Shown here: positions 6,421 through 15,223 of the stretch, one piece after another
Numbering within the stretch: position 1 is the stretch's first letter
How the letters are laid out: each line of letters starts with the position of its first letter
Origin: a virus
Lineage: Duplodnaviria; Heunggongvirae; Uroviricota; Caudoviricetes
DNA: 15,426 bases
Virus record (IMG/VR): IMGVR_UViG_2651869755_000004
Strand: one strand, 5' to 3'
Position numbers and translations under genes: made by a program
Notes under the pieces: model-generated
Seen by the model: the letters and a program-made list of their open reading frames with translations, nothing else
Told to the model about the DNA's origin: nothing
Database searches by the model: none

Positions 6421-8990
6421 CCACCGCTCCCTGATAACATACCGCCATCACGCAACTGCAGCCGGAGTTCATCCTGTGCCCCCTTGCGGGCCATCTCATA
6501 CACCGCTTTCATCAGCTGCGGCCCTGCCCGCCCGTTGGGGCCGTCGTTCTGAATCACCACGTGATTGTTCTGATTAAAATTAATGCCTTCCGCCCGCCGC
6601 ATCTGCGCCGGACTTCCGGCACCGCCGACATAACCACCTTCCGCATAGCCCCGCATCAGGCGGTACAGATTGCCGACACCAATCCGGCTGGTCGCCTCCT
6701 TCGTGAAGACAAACTCCCCGCGATGAACAATCCCCGCAGGTTCATATTTACCCCCCGTCCCCGTAAATCCCCCGGTCGCGAAATGGAAGTTCGCCGCCGC
6801 AGCCTGAATGGCTGTACCGCCTGACGCGGATGCGCCGCCACCAACAGCCCCGCCAATGGCGCTGCCGATACTCCCGACTATCCCCACCATCGCCTGCTTC
6901 AGAAAAATCTCTGTCAGCATGGACAGCACAGAACGGGTGAAACCACGCCAGTTCTGTTCGCTGCCGGTCAGCATCGCTGCCATATTCTGTGCAATACCGT
7001 CAAAGGTCTGCGTGGCCGCGTTTTTAACCTGCGAAAAACTGTCCGTCGCACTTTCCGCCCACTCGCCCCAGCCGGACTTCATCCCGGCCATCCAGCTTCC
7101 ACGAAGCTGCTCCTCCGCAGACCAGGTGTTCTTCAGTGCAGATGTGGCCTTCGCCAGCGCAGCCGGATTATCACCGTACACCTCACGAAGGCGCTGCTCT
7201 TCCGACTCCCGCTGCGCCTGACGGTCGGTGAGTCCGCGGGCTTTTGCGCTGATTGCCGCCTGCTTCGCGCTCTGCTGCTGTTCAAACCGCGCCGCCTGCT
7301 GTGCCAGCTCATTCAGCCGTTTCTGGTGTTCAATCTTGTCGCCCAGCTCAGCCAGCTGGCGTTTGTACTCCAGCGTTTCTTTCTCATGGGCCAGCAGGGA
7401 TTTTTCCTGCTCAGATAACTGCCGTTTCGTGGCGGCCTCTTTCAGGACCACATACTGATTTTCCGCTTCCCATAAATCCCGGCGCTGCTGGCTGATTTTC
7501 TCATTCACACCGCTGTGTTTTTCCAGCGTCCTGAGCTCGGTTTCAAGCGCCAGCATGGCTGCATGCGCCCGGTCTTCCTGGCGCTCACCGGCAGACACCT
7601 TCACACCTGACGGCTTTTTCAGCGTCGATTCATAATCCTTTTTTGCCGACGCCATCAGCGTGTTGTAATCCGCCTGCAGGATTTTTCCGTCTTTCAGGGC
7701 CTTATTCAGCTCTTTCTGACGGGCGGTATATTTATCCAGCGGCGTCTGCAGGCGCTCATACGCCTTCTGCGCCTCTCCGGTATACTTCAGCTGTGACGCC
7801 TCACGCTCAGCCCGGTCCCTTGCCGCCAGTTCACCGGCTTTTTCCATATCCGACTGCAGCGTGGCCGCTGCCAGACCCAGACGGGCATTTTCCCGGTCAT
7901 CCCATGCCCCCTGAAGGTTCGCACGAAAAGAGGAGGTCTTTCCCCGGCGCTGGCTCCGGCTCTGGTACCACTGCCATTTTTTATCCGCCTCATCAAATGC
8001 CTTCTGCGCACTGGCGAGCATATCCGCTGAGGATTCAGGACGACCGATATCCAGAATGGCATCCCACATCGATTTGAATGCCTTCCCTGTTTTATCCGCC
8101 CAGGTCTCCAGTGTTCCCATGTTTTCTTTCAGGCGACGGGTCTGCTCATCAAAGCCTTTCGTGGCGATATCGTTCGCCGCCTGCAATGCCCCGGCCTCGT
8201 CTCCGGAACGCTGCAGCTGTGCAACATACGCAATCTGCTCTGCCGTCACGTTACGGAACTGGCGCGCCATCGCCATCAGTCCCGACGTCGGGTCAGTGGT
8301 CAGCTTCCCGAAGGCTTCAGCGACTTTATCCACCTCCACACCGGATGCAGACGCAAAACGCGCGACACTCTGGTTGATGGCATCAAACTGTTCACCACCA
8401 CGCACACCGGCATTCATCAGGGCTGCCAGTGACTCTCTCGCCTGGTTAAACGTCAGCCCTGCTGCCTGCCCGGCTCTTGAGAGAGTCAGCATACGATCGG
8501 CAGTCAGTCCGGACTGATTACCGGAAAGAACCAGGGTTTTATTAAACGCTGAAAGCGTGGAATCTCCCTGGTACCAGGCGTACACCAGCGCACCTGTCGC
8601 CACCGCCAGCGAGGTGACCCCGACCATCGGCAGGGTGATCGCACCGGCGAGCCCCCTGAACATGGGGATCATCCCGCCGAAGGAGTCCTTCACCTGACCG
8701 CCCTGTTGCAGCAGGATCAGCCAGGGATTCTGACCACCGGCAAGCTGCGTGGCGATATCCGTAAACTGTGCGGGCAGGGTTCGCATGGCCGCTTTATACT
8801 GCCCGACGGAAATCCCGGCTTTTTGTGCAGCCAGCGCCTGGCGGCTCAGGCCCTGTTCAACAGCACTGGCGGTTTTTCTGGCGTCGGTATCCAGACCTGA
8901 AAAATGACGCCTTACCCGGCTCATCTGCTCATCGAAACGGACAGCATCCAGACTCAGGTCAATAACAAGATCACCAACCGGCTGGGACAT
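6417..8990 (-). CDS. H: Tail tape measure protein H
   Basis: 857-aa ORF MSQPVGDLVIDLSLDAVRFDEQMSRVRRHFSG... with a coiled-coil-rich centre and Gly-rich C-terminal region, collinear with lambda gpH (853 aa). Confidence 0.95.
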   Translation of the reverse strand: MSQPVGDLVIDLSLDAVRFDEQMSRVRRHFSGLDTDARKTASAVEQGLSRQALAAQKAGISVGQYKAAMRTLPAQFTDIATQLAGGQNPWLILLQQGGQVKDSFGGMIPMFRGLAGAITLPMVGVTSLAVATGALVYAWYQGDSTLSAFNKTLVLSGNQSGLTADRMLTLSRAGQAAGLTFNQARESLAALMNAGVRGGEQFDAINQSVARFASASGVEVDKVAEAFGKLTTDPTSGLMAMARQFRNVTAEQIAYVAQLQRSGDEAGALQAANDIATKGFDEQTRRLKENMGTLETWADKTGKAFKSMWDAILDIGRPESSADMLASAQKAFDEADKKWQWYQSRSQRRGKTSSFRANLQGAWDDRENARLGLAAATLQSDMEKAGELAARDRAEREASQLKYTGEAQKAYERLQTPLDKYTARQKELNKALKDGKILQADYNTLMASAKKDYESTLKKPSGVKVSAGERQEDRAHAAMLALETELRTLEKHSGVNEKISQQRRDLWEAENQYVVLKEAATKRQLSEQEKSLLAHEKETLEYKRQLAELGDKIEHQKRLNELAQQAARFEQQQSAKQAAISAKARGLTDRQAQRESEEQRLREVYGDNPAALAKATSALKNTWSAEEQLRGSWMAGMKSGWGEWAESATDSFSQVKNAATQTFDGIAQNMAAMLTGSEQNWRGFTRSVLSMLTEIFLKQAMVGIVGSIGSAIGGAVGGGASASGGTAIQAAAANFHFATGGFTGTGGKYEPAGIVHRGEFVFTKEATSRIGVGNLYRLMRGYAEGGYVGGAGSPAQMRRAEGINFNQNNHVVIQNDGPNGRAGPQLMKAVYEMARKGAQDELRLQLRDGGMLSGSGG

Positions 8991-9842
8991 ATCTCACACC
9001 TCCCGGAATCCCCGCTGAAGCCATCATTAATGCGGCATCATCCACCATGACATCCGCCACATCCGCAGACGATAAAATATCGCGCCCTCCGTCCCCACCG
9101 AACCGGACGCCTCCGGCAAGTCCTGCCGCTTTCTGCATCAGCATTTTGTCCTCATCCGGCCTCTCCACCTGCTCTTCCTCATGCCGGGGGACAAGCAGAC
9201 TGAAATCAGAGGGATGCATATCCGGATCGCAAAAAAACAGGCTGAGTACAGCGTACGTCAGCCCGGAAAAATGCATATCCAGCTGGGTATCCTGAAAATA
9301 ATGCGTGCGGTAAAAACGGTGCCAGTCGGCATATTCGGTGGATGTCATCCCGGCAAGCATGGCGCGCCAGTCGGGTCTCCCCATCTCACGCGCCAGTCTG
9401 AGGGCAAAGTTCAGCTCGCCGTCAAAGACTTTCCCGCAGAAAAATCATCATCAGTCAGCGTGTTATTTTTCGCCACTTCAGTAATATCAGTATCCGGACG
9501 AACAGCTTCGATCATCCCGGACAGGCACAACACCACGTCTTCCGCCCGGGCAATGGCATCGGCAGGCCAGGTGGTGAGCACTTCCTGCTCTATCTTCATC
9601 ACGGCCTCATTCATTGACGGTGACTGCGTTTTCTGTGGATGGTTATGCCACAGGGACATCGCCACCAGAAACGCGCCGGTTCTGACGAGATCTTCCACGC
9701 TTACCTGCAGGTTGCCGCAGGATTCTGCCTGTTCTGCACGCCGTTTCAGGAGGGCAAGATGCTCGATACGCTGCAGCGCAGACAATTCGGAAAGCGTGAC
9801 AGACACACCGTTATATTCAAATTGTTCTGTTTTCAGAAACAT
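8971..9842 (-). CDS. GT: Tail assembly chaperone GT, made by programmed -1 ribosomal frameshift from G into the T frame
   Basis: The G frame carries the slippery heptamer G GGA AAG 21 nt before its stop. The -1 frame stays open from that site to 8971 and encodes ...MGRPDWRAMLAGMTSTEYADWHRFYRTHYF..., lambda gpT-like. Frames checked by coordinate arithmetic. Confidence 0.85.
9411..9842 (-). CDS. G: Tail assembly chaperone G (zero-frame product)
   Basis: 143-aa ORF MFLKTEQFEYNGVSVTLSELSALQRIEHLALLKRRAEQAE... matches lambda gpG and lies between V and H. Confidence 0.95.
   Translation of the reverse strand: MFLKTEQFEYNGVSVTLSELSALQRIEHLALLKRRAEQAESCGNLQVSVEDLVRTGAFLVAMSLWHNHPQKTQSPSMNEAVMKIEQEVLTTWPADAIARAEDVVLCLSGMIEAVRPDTDITEVAKNNTLTDDDFSAGKSLTAS
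9429..9435 (-). other. Programmed -1 frameshift slippery heptamer GGGAAAG (G/GT)
   Basis: Minus-strand GCG GGA AAG in the G frame (plus-strand CTTTCCC at 9429..9435). Same heptamer and position near the 3' end of G as in lambda. Confidence 0.85.
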
Positions 9843-9855
9843 GTATTACCTCCGT

Positions 9856-10608
9856 TTACCCTGCAGCGCCCGCTTCAGTAACGGTGACTTCAGCCACTGC
9901 GGCGAACTGACCATTTCCGCTCACCACAGGGATCTGCACCTTACCTGTCGCCACGCCGTTTACCGTAATTGTCATATCTTTCACACTAATGGTGGCTTTC
10001 GACGGATCGGCGGAAACCGCTCTGAACGTCTTGTCGGTTGCACTTTCCGGCTCAAAAGAAACCGTCAGGGTGGTTGTTTTCCCTTTTGCCACCGTACCGG
10101 ATGTCGGCGTCACCTTAATCGCACTGACCGGCGTAATTTTGCTGCGTTCTTCCGCTACAGAAGGTTTACCCACGTTAGTGACTTTCACCGTGCGGGTGAT
10201 CACTTCTTTCGCCGTCACGGCCTTACCGATACTGCTGACCCAGCCACGAAACACATCCACCGTGCCATTCGGAAAACGGATTTTATAGGCCCGGACATCG
10301 CCGCTTTCAAACCAGCCTATAAGCCCTTTCTGGCCTTCCTCTCCCGGTTTCCAGGCCAGCGTAAAACTGGTATCACCTGCAGATTTCTGCCCCTGCCCGG
10401 TCGCGGTCCAGTCCGCGTCTTCATCATCCAGGTAGTTATCATCGTAGGATTCTGCCGTCATCTCGCCCGGCGTCAGATCCTTCACCTTAGCCAGTCGCTG
10501 CCAGTCATCGTCTGACAACGGGTTTGCATAAGCATCACCCTTGCCGTTGTAAACCCACAGAGTGGTACCGGCACCTTTTACCGGCTCAAGGGGATTTGGT
10601 GTTGCCAT
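9856..10608 (-). CDS. V: Major tail tube protein V with C-terminal Ig-like domain
   Basis: 250-aa [60 protein letters not shown]... matches lambda gpV, including the C-terminal Ig-like segment (...[30 protein letters not shown]). Confidence 0.96.
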   Translation of the reverse strand: MATPNPLEPVKGAGTTLWVYNGKGDAYANPLSDDDWQRLAKVKDLTPGEMTAESYDDNYLDDEDADWTATGQGQKSAGDTSFTLAWKPGEEGQKGLIGWFESGDVRAYKIRFPNGTVDVFRGWVSSIGKAVTAKEVITRTVKVTNVGKPSVAEERSKITPVSAIKVTPTSGTVAKGKTTTLTVSFEPESATDKTFRAVSADPSKATISVKDMTITVNGVATGKVQIPVVSGNGQFAAVAEVTVTEAGAAG

Positions 10609-10615
10609 ATCGTCC

Positions 10616-11011
10616 TCACATCTCGTATGTAATGGAATAAGTCAGATCTGCAGAACTCCATAACGCCATATCGTCATCACGACGATACTCATAGCCCTGC
10701 GTAACCATCGTGGTAATCAGTCCTGCCAGTGCCGGGATCGCGGTCATCGCCGGGTAAATCCGGCTTTCCATCCACTGATCGAGCTCTGAATCCGGTACCT
10801 GTGCCGGTAAAAACACCTCAATATGCAGTGTGGCCCGCCAGGTATCTGCATCCAGCTCTTCACCGGTATACTCTGCATCCGTCAGATAAACCGCGATCGC
10901 AGGAAAATCCTCTTCGTCAAAAACAACGGGGCGACCATCAAACAGCGTCGCCCCGTGTTCATGCTGCTCGAGTGCATCCAGCACTGCGGCACGAATGTCA
11001 GTGTGTTTCAT
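10616..11011 (-). CDS. U: Tail terminator protein U
   Basis: 131-aa [46 protein letters not shown]... matches lambda gpU. Confidence 0.95.
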   Translation of the reverse strand: MKHTDIRAAVLDALEQHEHGATLFDGRPVVFDEEDFPAIAVYLTDAEYTGEELDADTWRATLHIEVFLPAQVPDSELDQWMESRIYPAMTAIPALAGLITTMVTQGYEYRRDDDMALWSSADLTYSITYEM

Positions 11012-11541
11012 CGTTTTATCGCAATCCTCAGTTGTTGTTTCAGCGCGTATGCCAGTTCTTTAGGCAGGCGTTCACGCCGGATACGGTCAACATTCTCATC
11101 AAATGCCTGTTTCAGTGGGGCCGCCATCGGGATTTTCACCACATCAATGGGGTAACGGTTTTTCCCGGCCACACGCTGCATGACATGCCAGCGACCATTT
11201 TTTAATCGCTGAATAAATGCCCGCTGATACCGATGCTGACCGGCTTTAAGTATGCTGTTCGGGCGACGCCCCAGCATCCTGATCCCCAGCTTAATCACAG
11301 GGAGATCACCGCGGTTAACGATAATTCTGGCATTCGGATTTCTGACCGTCGCCCGTTTCAGTCTGGACCGTTCCTTAACCAGTTTCCGGCGAACCTTTGT
11401 CTCCCGGGCAACCTGTGATGAAGACTGATTAATCGCCGTTGTGGCCACGCGGTTAATGGCCATTGCTGAAGCCGCCGGAATGGCGTTTTTACGAACCCGG
11501 CTCAGATTGTCAATCGCCTGATCAAGCCCTTTTATCGCCAT
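11008..11541 (-). CDS. Z: Tail completion protein Z
   Basis: 177-aa ORF MAIKGLDQAIDNLSRVRKNAIPAASAMAINRVATTAINQSSSQVARETKVRRKLVKE...[41 protein letters not shown] matches lambda gpZ. 4-bp overlap with the U start. Confidence 0.93.
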   Translation of the reverse strand: MAIKGLDQAIDNLSRVRKNAIPAASAMAINRVATTAINQSSSQVARETKVRRKLVKERSRLKRATVRNPNARIIVNRGDLPVIKLGIRMLGRRPNSILKAGQHRYQRAFIQRLKNGRWHVMQRVAGKNRYPIDVVKIPMAAPLKQAFDENVDRIRRERLPKELAYALKQQLRIAIKR

Positions 11542-11556
11542 AATTTCACCCTGCGT

Positions 11557-11910
11557 TTATCGTCGCCGGTTAACTGCGGGTGGTTGACCACGGTTGAGCC
11601 AGAGATAACAGCTGCCCCCGTCATCCGGAGAAACACGATCCACCCAGAATATCTCACCATTAATGGTCAGCGTGTCACCACGCCGCACGGCACGAACCGT
11701 ATCCGTCCGCACAAATAATGACGGGCTGCTTCCTTCAATACGGACCCCGCCACCGGCAAACCCCAGCGACTCCGGATCGTCAAAAACCCCCTGAACTTCG
11801 CTGCCACACTGTGCCCCCGAGGTGAACTGCGCACAGAGCCCCATCACTTCAACGATCGTACTGTCTACCCCGGCGAGGGCAGCATCAAAGGCATTCTGAA
11901 AATCACGCAT
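11557..11910 (-). CDS. FII: Head-tail joining protein FII
   Basis: 117-aa ORF ending ...FWVDRVSPDDGGSCYLWLNRGQPPAVNRRR, a near match to the lambda gpFII C-terminus. Confidence 0.95.
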   Translation of the reverse strand: MRDFQNAFDAALAGVDSTIVEVMGLCAQFTSGAQCGSEVQGVFDDPESLGFAGGGVRIEGSSPSLFVRTDTVRAVRRGDTLTINGEIFWVDRVSPDDGGSCYLWLNRGQPPAVNRRR

Positions 11911-12286
11911 ATTCAGCCGTTCCGTGCTGTATCATGGCCGTTGCCAGTGATGATGGCACCAGAACACGCATACCCCGTAACGCCAGCTCAACGGGACGAC
12001 CTGTCTCCGGGCAATACCCCATTACTTGCAGGCACTTCCGTACCCGGACGGCTTTAACATCATCCGGAGCATCCGTGTTGTTCAACTGCTCACCATCGTC
12101 TGTGTGATTTTGATCAGCCCCGCTCTCATCAGAGTGCATAATGCCCTCCGGGGAAACAGCAAGCTCCTCTTCCCACTCAGACACACGTTGAGCAATATCC
12201 GCAGCACTCCCCGACATATCCGCCTCGCGCCCCAGCAGGCCAGCCAGTTGACGAAGACGATTCAGATTTTCTTCTTTTGTTGCCAT
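11903..12286 (-). CDS. FI: DNA-packaging / head completion protein FI
   Basis: Start placed at the internal ATG 12286..12284 (MATKEENLNRLRQLAGLLGRE...), which has an AGGAGG Shine-Dalgarno about 6 nt upstream. The longer ORF start at 12334 has no ribosome-binding site and would overlap the E stop. Acidic middle region typical of gpFI. Confidence 0.85.
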   Translation of the reverse strand: MATKEENLNRLRQLAGLLGREADMSGSAADIAQRVSEWEEELAVSPEGIMHSDESGADQNHTDDGEQLNNTDAPDDVKAVRVRKCLQVMGYCPETGRPVELALRGMRVLVPSSLATAMIQHGTAEYA

Positions 12287-12300
12287 CTCAGCCTCCTGTG

Positions 12301-12329
12301 AAAAAAGACACGGGGGCATTTCGCCCCCG
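12301..12329 (-). terminator. Hairpin with U-tract between E and FI (attenuator or mRNA-stabilising element)
   Basis: On the minus strand, 7-bp stem CGGGGGC/GCCCCCG with a 5-nt loop, followed by GTCTTTTTTCACAGGAGG, i.e. immediately after the E stop and ahead of the FI ribosome-binding site. Confidence 0.35.
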
Positions 12330-12337
12330 CTCACGGA

Positions 12338-13366
12338 TTATTTCACCTGTACCACCACAAACTCATCCGGATCCGGCAGCACCATCAGCGGAGCGGACTG
12401 CGTCATGGTGAATTCACAGGACGGATCGCCCACGGTCAGCCAGTGTTTCGGGTAACGGGAAGAAGCCACCACTCCTTCAGACAACGCCTGTGCATCCTTA
12501 ATGGCACCATAGCAACGAATCCCCTCTGCCGCCGTATTCCCCAGCACCAGCATGCCCTCCGGCAGATAACGTTTTTCGGTACCGTCCTCTGCCACATAAG
12601 ACGTTTTCGCCACCACAATGGCCAGATCGCCGTAATACCCCTTGAAGGACACCACTGCGCCCAGATCTTTCACTGCCGTTTCGAGTTGTGAATTTGAGCC
12701 GCGACGGGTATCCAGTTTTTCGCGGAACAGCTTAAAGCCATTCAGCAGACGCCAGACCGTACCGTCCATAATGGCGATATTCACAAGGCCGCTGGCCTGA
12801 TCGCAGTAGAGGTCAATATCATGCGTCGGATCAAACGTATCACGGTCCTGCTCAGACCATTTTTTACCGTCAGCCTGCTCAATGTTATTTCCTTCAGAGC
12901 GCCCGAAATCCACCTCGACAGTATCAAACTGATCCCCTTCCATGGTGTATTTGCCATACAGCACGGCATTCACCGCCTGCATTTCTTCCACCTGGACAAT
13001 GGCGTGCTCTTCCTGTTTGAGGTTATCGGTAATGATACGCAGACGACGGTAGGCCGGGTCGTTCAGCTGAGCCGGATCTTCACCAGGAAGGCGCTCAACC
13101 GCCTGCTGGTAATTAAATTCGTGTTTGGGCTTGACGTAGCCCGGACGTAACACGCGGGTTTCACCACCGCGATGGCGAAGCACTTTTCCTTCAACGATCG
13201 GGGAGACATAGGCCGCCACCGGCGTTTTTCCGGTAATTTTGTCCAGCATCACCTCTTCGGTGTGGAAATTCACCGTACGGCGGAAAAACAGCTCCAGAAA
13301 CAGCGCACGGAATTTCACTTTTTGTTCGGTATAACCGAGTAACTGGCGGGTCGTAAACAATCCCAT
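12338..13366 (-). CDS. E: Major capsid protein E
   Basis: 342-aa ORF with KFRALFLELFF..., SPIVEG, PGYVKPKHE, EKLDTRRGSNSQLETAVKDLG and MTQSAPLMVLPDPDEFV blocks matching lambda gpE. AAGGAA ribosome-binding site upstream. Confidence 0.97.
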   Translation of the reverse strand: MGLFTTRQLLGYTEQKVKFRALFLELFFRRTVNFHTEEVMLDKITGKTPVAAYVSPIVEGKVLRHRGGETRVLRPGYVKPKHEFNYQQAVERLPGEDPAQLNDPAYRRLRIITDNLKQEEHAIVQVEEMQAVNAVLYGKYTMEGDQFDTVEVDFGRSEGNNIEQADGKKWSEQDRDTFDPTHDIDLYCDQASGLVNIAIMDGTVWRLLNGFKLFREKLDTRRGSNSQLETAVKDLGAVVSFKGYYGDLAIVVAKTSYVAEDGTEKRYLPEGMLVLGNTAAEGIRCYGAIKDAQALSEGVVASSRYPKHWLTVGDPSCEFTMTQSAPLMVLPDPDEFVVVQVK

Positions 13367-13423
13367 AAATCAGTTCCTTTCATTCAGAAATCAGTCAGGC
13401 CGCCATGGTGGCCTGATAACGTG

Positions 13424-13770
13424 TTACGGCAGAGCCGCGTGACTCAGGGCTGTGCCGGCAAAGGCATTTGCCTTTTTGTGTTCATCCACACTGTCAGGCC
13501 AGCGGATTGCCTCCGTCGCAAAGGTCCCCGACTTGTAATAGGTCAGCACCGTCTCTGTGCCTTCAAGCGGCAGTACCAGTATGCCAACCGCACTACCGGC
13601 TTTCTGTCCATCCCAGACCACCAGTTTCCCGGTGGCTTCATCCAGCATCAGGGCGTCAGAGCCGGTGTTGCAGAAGAAATCCCGCTGCTGCCTGTGGCGG
13701 TATGAGCCGGATCATTACCGGCAAAAATACGTACTTCCGCACGCTGTTCAGTGATGGTTTTCGTCACCAT
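13424..13770 (-). pseudogene. D: Head decoration protein D, interrupted by an apparent 1-bp deletion
   Basis: ATG at 13770 (GAGG 9 nt upstream) encodes MVTKTITEQRAEVRIFAGNDPAHTATGSSGISSATPALTP, then TGA at 13650..13648. The gpD homology continues in the -1 frame as (A)LMLDEATGKLVVWDG...FAGTALSHAALP to 13424. Sequence reads ACG CCC TGA TGC TGG where ACG CCN CTG ATG CTG would keep the frame. Confidence 0.6.
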
Positions 13771-13806
13771 TTTGTTAAAACCTCATATTGATGGTCAGCA
13801 CTGACT

Positions 13807-14409
13807 TCATGGCATGGCCATGAGCATTTTCACGTCCGCATCACCGTCTGCTGACGTCTGTGACACGCCACCCCGCACCGCTGCCGGTGAATGATTCGCC
13901 ATGAAATGTTCAAACAAGGCGGTTGTGGATGCAGAGACCGGTTCGGCCTTACCTGATCCCGCAGCCAGCACAGCCCGGGCGTTCTCCACGGTCATTCCCG
14001 GGCAGGCCGCCAGTTTTTCAGCCTGCGCTTCTGCCCCTTTTGCCTCATCCAGGGCCATGATCTGATCACGAAGTGAGGGCCCGGCATTCGCCTGCGGTGA
14101 GGCAGCCAGGATCGGGCGGGCTTTTTCCACCGTCATCTCCGGCATCGCCGCCAGCGTTGCCGCCAGTTGTTCACGACCTTTCGCTTCTTCACACGCCATA
14201 ATGCGATCGGCTTCACTCTGCGCGGATGCCACCGGCTGCTGTGGTGCCGCCGCGGCCAGAATCGCCCGGGCCTGTTCAATGCTCATGCCCTGTTGTCCTG
14301 CCAGCATCGTGGCAAGCTGTTCACGTCCTTTCGCTTCCTGACACGTCAGGATCCCCATCACTCGCTGGTTCTCCTGCGCGGCAGCTTCCGTTGCAGTTAA
14401 TTGCGGCAT
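13807..14409 (-). CDS. Nu3: Scaffolding protein Nu3-like, nested in frame within the 3' part of C
   Basis: Internal ATG at 14409..14407 (MPQLTATEAAAQENQRVMGIL...) is preceded by a strong AGGAGG Shine-Dalgarno 6 nt upstream. Same nested C/Nu3 arrangement as lambda. Carries three tandem ~45-aa repeats. Confidence 0.6.
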   Translation of the reverse strand: MPQLTATEAAAQENQRVMGILTCQEAKGREQLATMLAGQQGMSIEQARAILAAAAPQQPVASAQSEADRIMACEEAKGREQLAATLAAMPEMTVEKARPILAASPQANAGPSLRDQIMALDEAKGAEAQAEKLAACPGMTVENARAVLAAGSGKAEPVSASTTALFEHFMANHSPAAVRGGVSQTSADGDADVKMLMAMP

Positions 14410-15210
14410 AGTGCCTCCTGTATCATGAGTGTTCAGCGCCGCAGCCATCACGCTGATGGCATCCGACGCATTGATTAATTCATCCGCCAGTCCGGCCTTA
14501 ATAGCGGACTGACCTTCAAAAACGGCAGCCTCTGTCCCCGTGACAGCTTCCACAGACAGCCCCGTATACATCGCCACTTTTTCGGCAAACATCCGGTGCG
14601 CCGCATCAACCCGCTGCTGCATGTCCTGACGCACCTCTGCCGGTAAGGCTTCAAACTGATTGCCATCCACCTTGTGCGCCCCGGCATAAATCAGCGTGAT
14701 ATCCACCCCGGCCTGCGCCAGATGACCGGCATAGCTGACATGGCTCATCATCACGCCAATGGAGCCGATACGGGATGTCTGGGTAACCAGCCGTCGGGAG
14801 CAGGCCGACGCCAGCAGCATGGCTGCAGAACAGGCCGTGTCATTGCACAGTGCCCAGACCGGCTTCTGCTGACGGAGGCGGTAAATCATGTCAGCGCAGT
14901 CAAACGCGCCGGCGGCCTGCCCGCCCGGACTGTCAATGTCCAGCAGTACGCCCCGCACCTGGCTATCTGCCATTGCCTGCTGAAGACAGGCGACAATGCC
15001 GTCATAGCCTGTCATTCCGGAAAATGGCCGCATACCGCCCAGCCGGTGCACCAGCGTGCCGGTCACCGGCAGTACAGCAATACCGTTCACCACCCGGTAA
15101 ACACGGGCCGGTCGTTTACCTCCGGCCATGTACTCGTCCGTTTCAGCCAGCATTCCGGGAGCATCAAGCTGTACCTGCGTAAGCGTAAACTGACCGCCGT
15201 ATGTAGCCAT
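13807..15210 (-). CDS. C: Head maturation protease C (S49/ClpP-like) with in-frame scaffold part; 5' end appears truncated
   Basis: 467-aa ORF with protease core ...YRVVNGIAVLPVTGTL...GVLLDIDSPGG...VWALCNDTACSAAMLLASA...SIGVMMSH..., as in lambda gpC. Only about 35 residues precede the conserved core versus about 85 in lambda. No ribosome-binding site at the apparent start; the frame is closed by TAA at 15229..15231. Confidence 0.85.
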   Translation of the reverse strand: MATYGGQFTLTQVQLDAPGMLAETDEYMAGGKRPARVYRVVNGIAVLPVTGTLVHRLGGMRPFSGMTGYDGIVACLQQAMADSQVRGVLLDIDSPGGQAAGAFDCADMIYRLRQQKPVWALCNDTACSAAMLLASACSRRLVTQTSRIGSIGVMMSHVSYAGHLAQAGVDITLIYAGAHKVDGNQFEALPAEVRQDMQQRVDAAHRMFAEKVAMYTGLSVEAVTGTEAAVFEGQSAIKAGLADELINASDAISVMAAALNTHDTGGTMPQLTATEAAAQENQRVMGILTCQEAKGREQLATMLAGQQGMSIEQARAILAAAAPQQPVASAQSEADRIMACEEAKGREQLAATLAAMPEMTVEKARPILAASPQANAGPSLRDQIMALDEAKGAEAQAEKLAACPGMTVENARAVLAAGSGKAEPVSASTTALFEHFMANHSPAAVRGGVSQTSADGDADVKMLMAMP

Positions 15211-15223
15211 CAGACGAGAATTG

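Noticed and set aside
6808-8517. Multiple plus-strand ORFs of 76 to 153 aa antisense to tape measure gene H
   Set aside because: Pro/Ala/Ser-rich reverse-frame artefacts of a GC-rich, repeat-rich coding region.
9181-10515. 444-aa plus-strand ORF spanning the G and V region
   Set aside because: Antisense to two strongly supported genes, extremely Cys/Arg-rich with low-complexity composition. A typical shadow ORF.
13396-13415. Imperfect palindrome CAGGCCGCCATGGTGGCCTG between D and E
   Set aside because: It can form a short hairpin but has no convincing U-tract on the coding strand. Kept only as a possible minor mRNA structure, not a terminator call.
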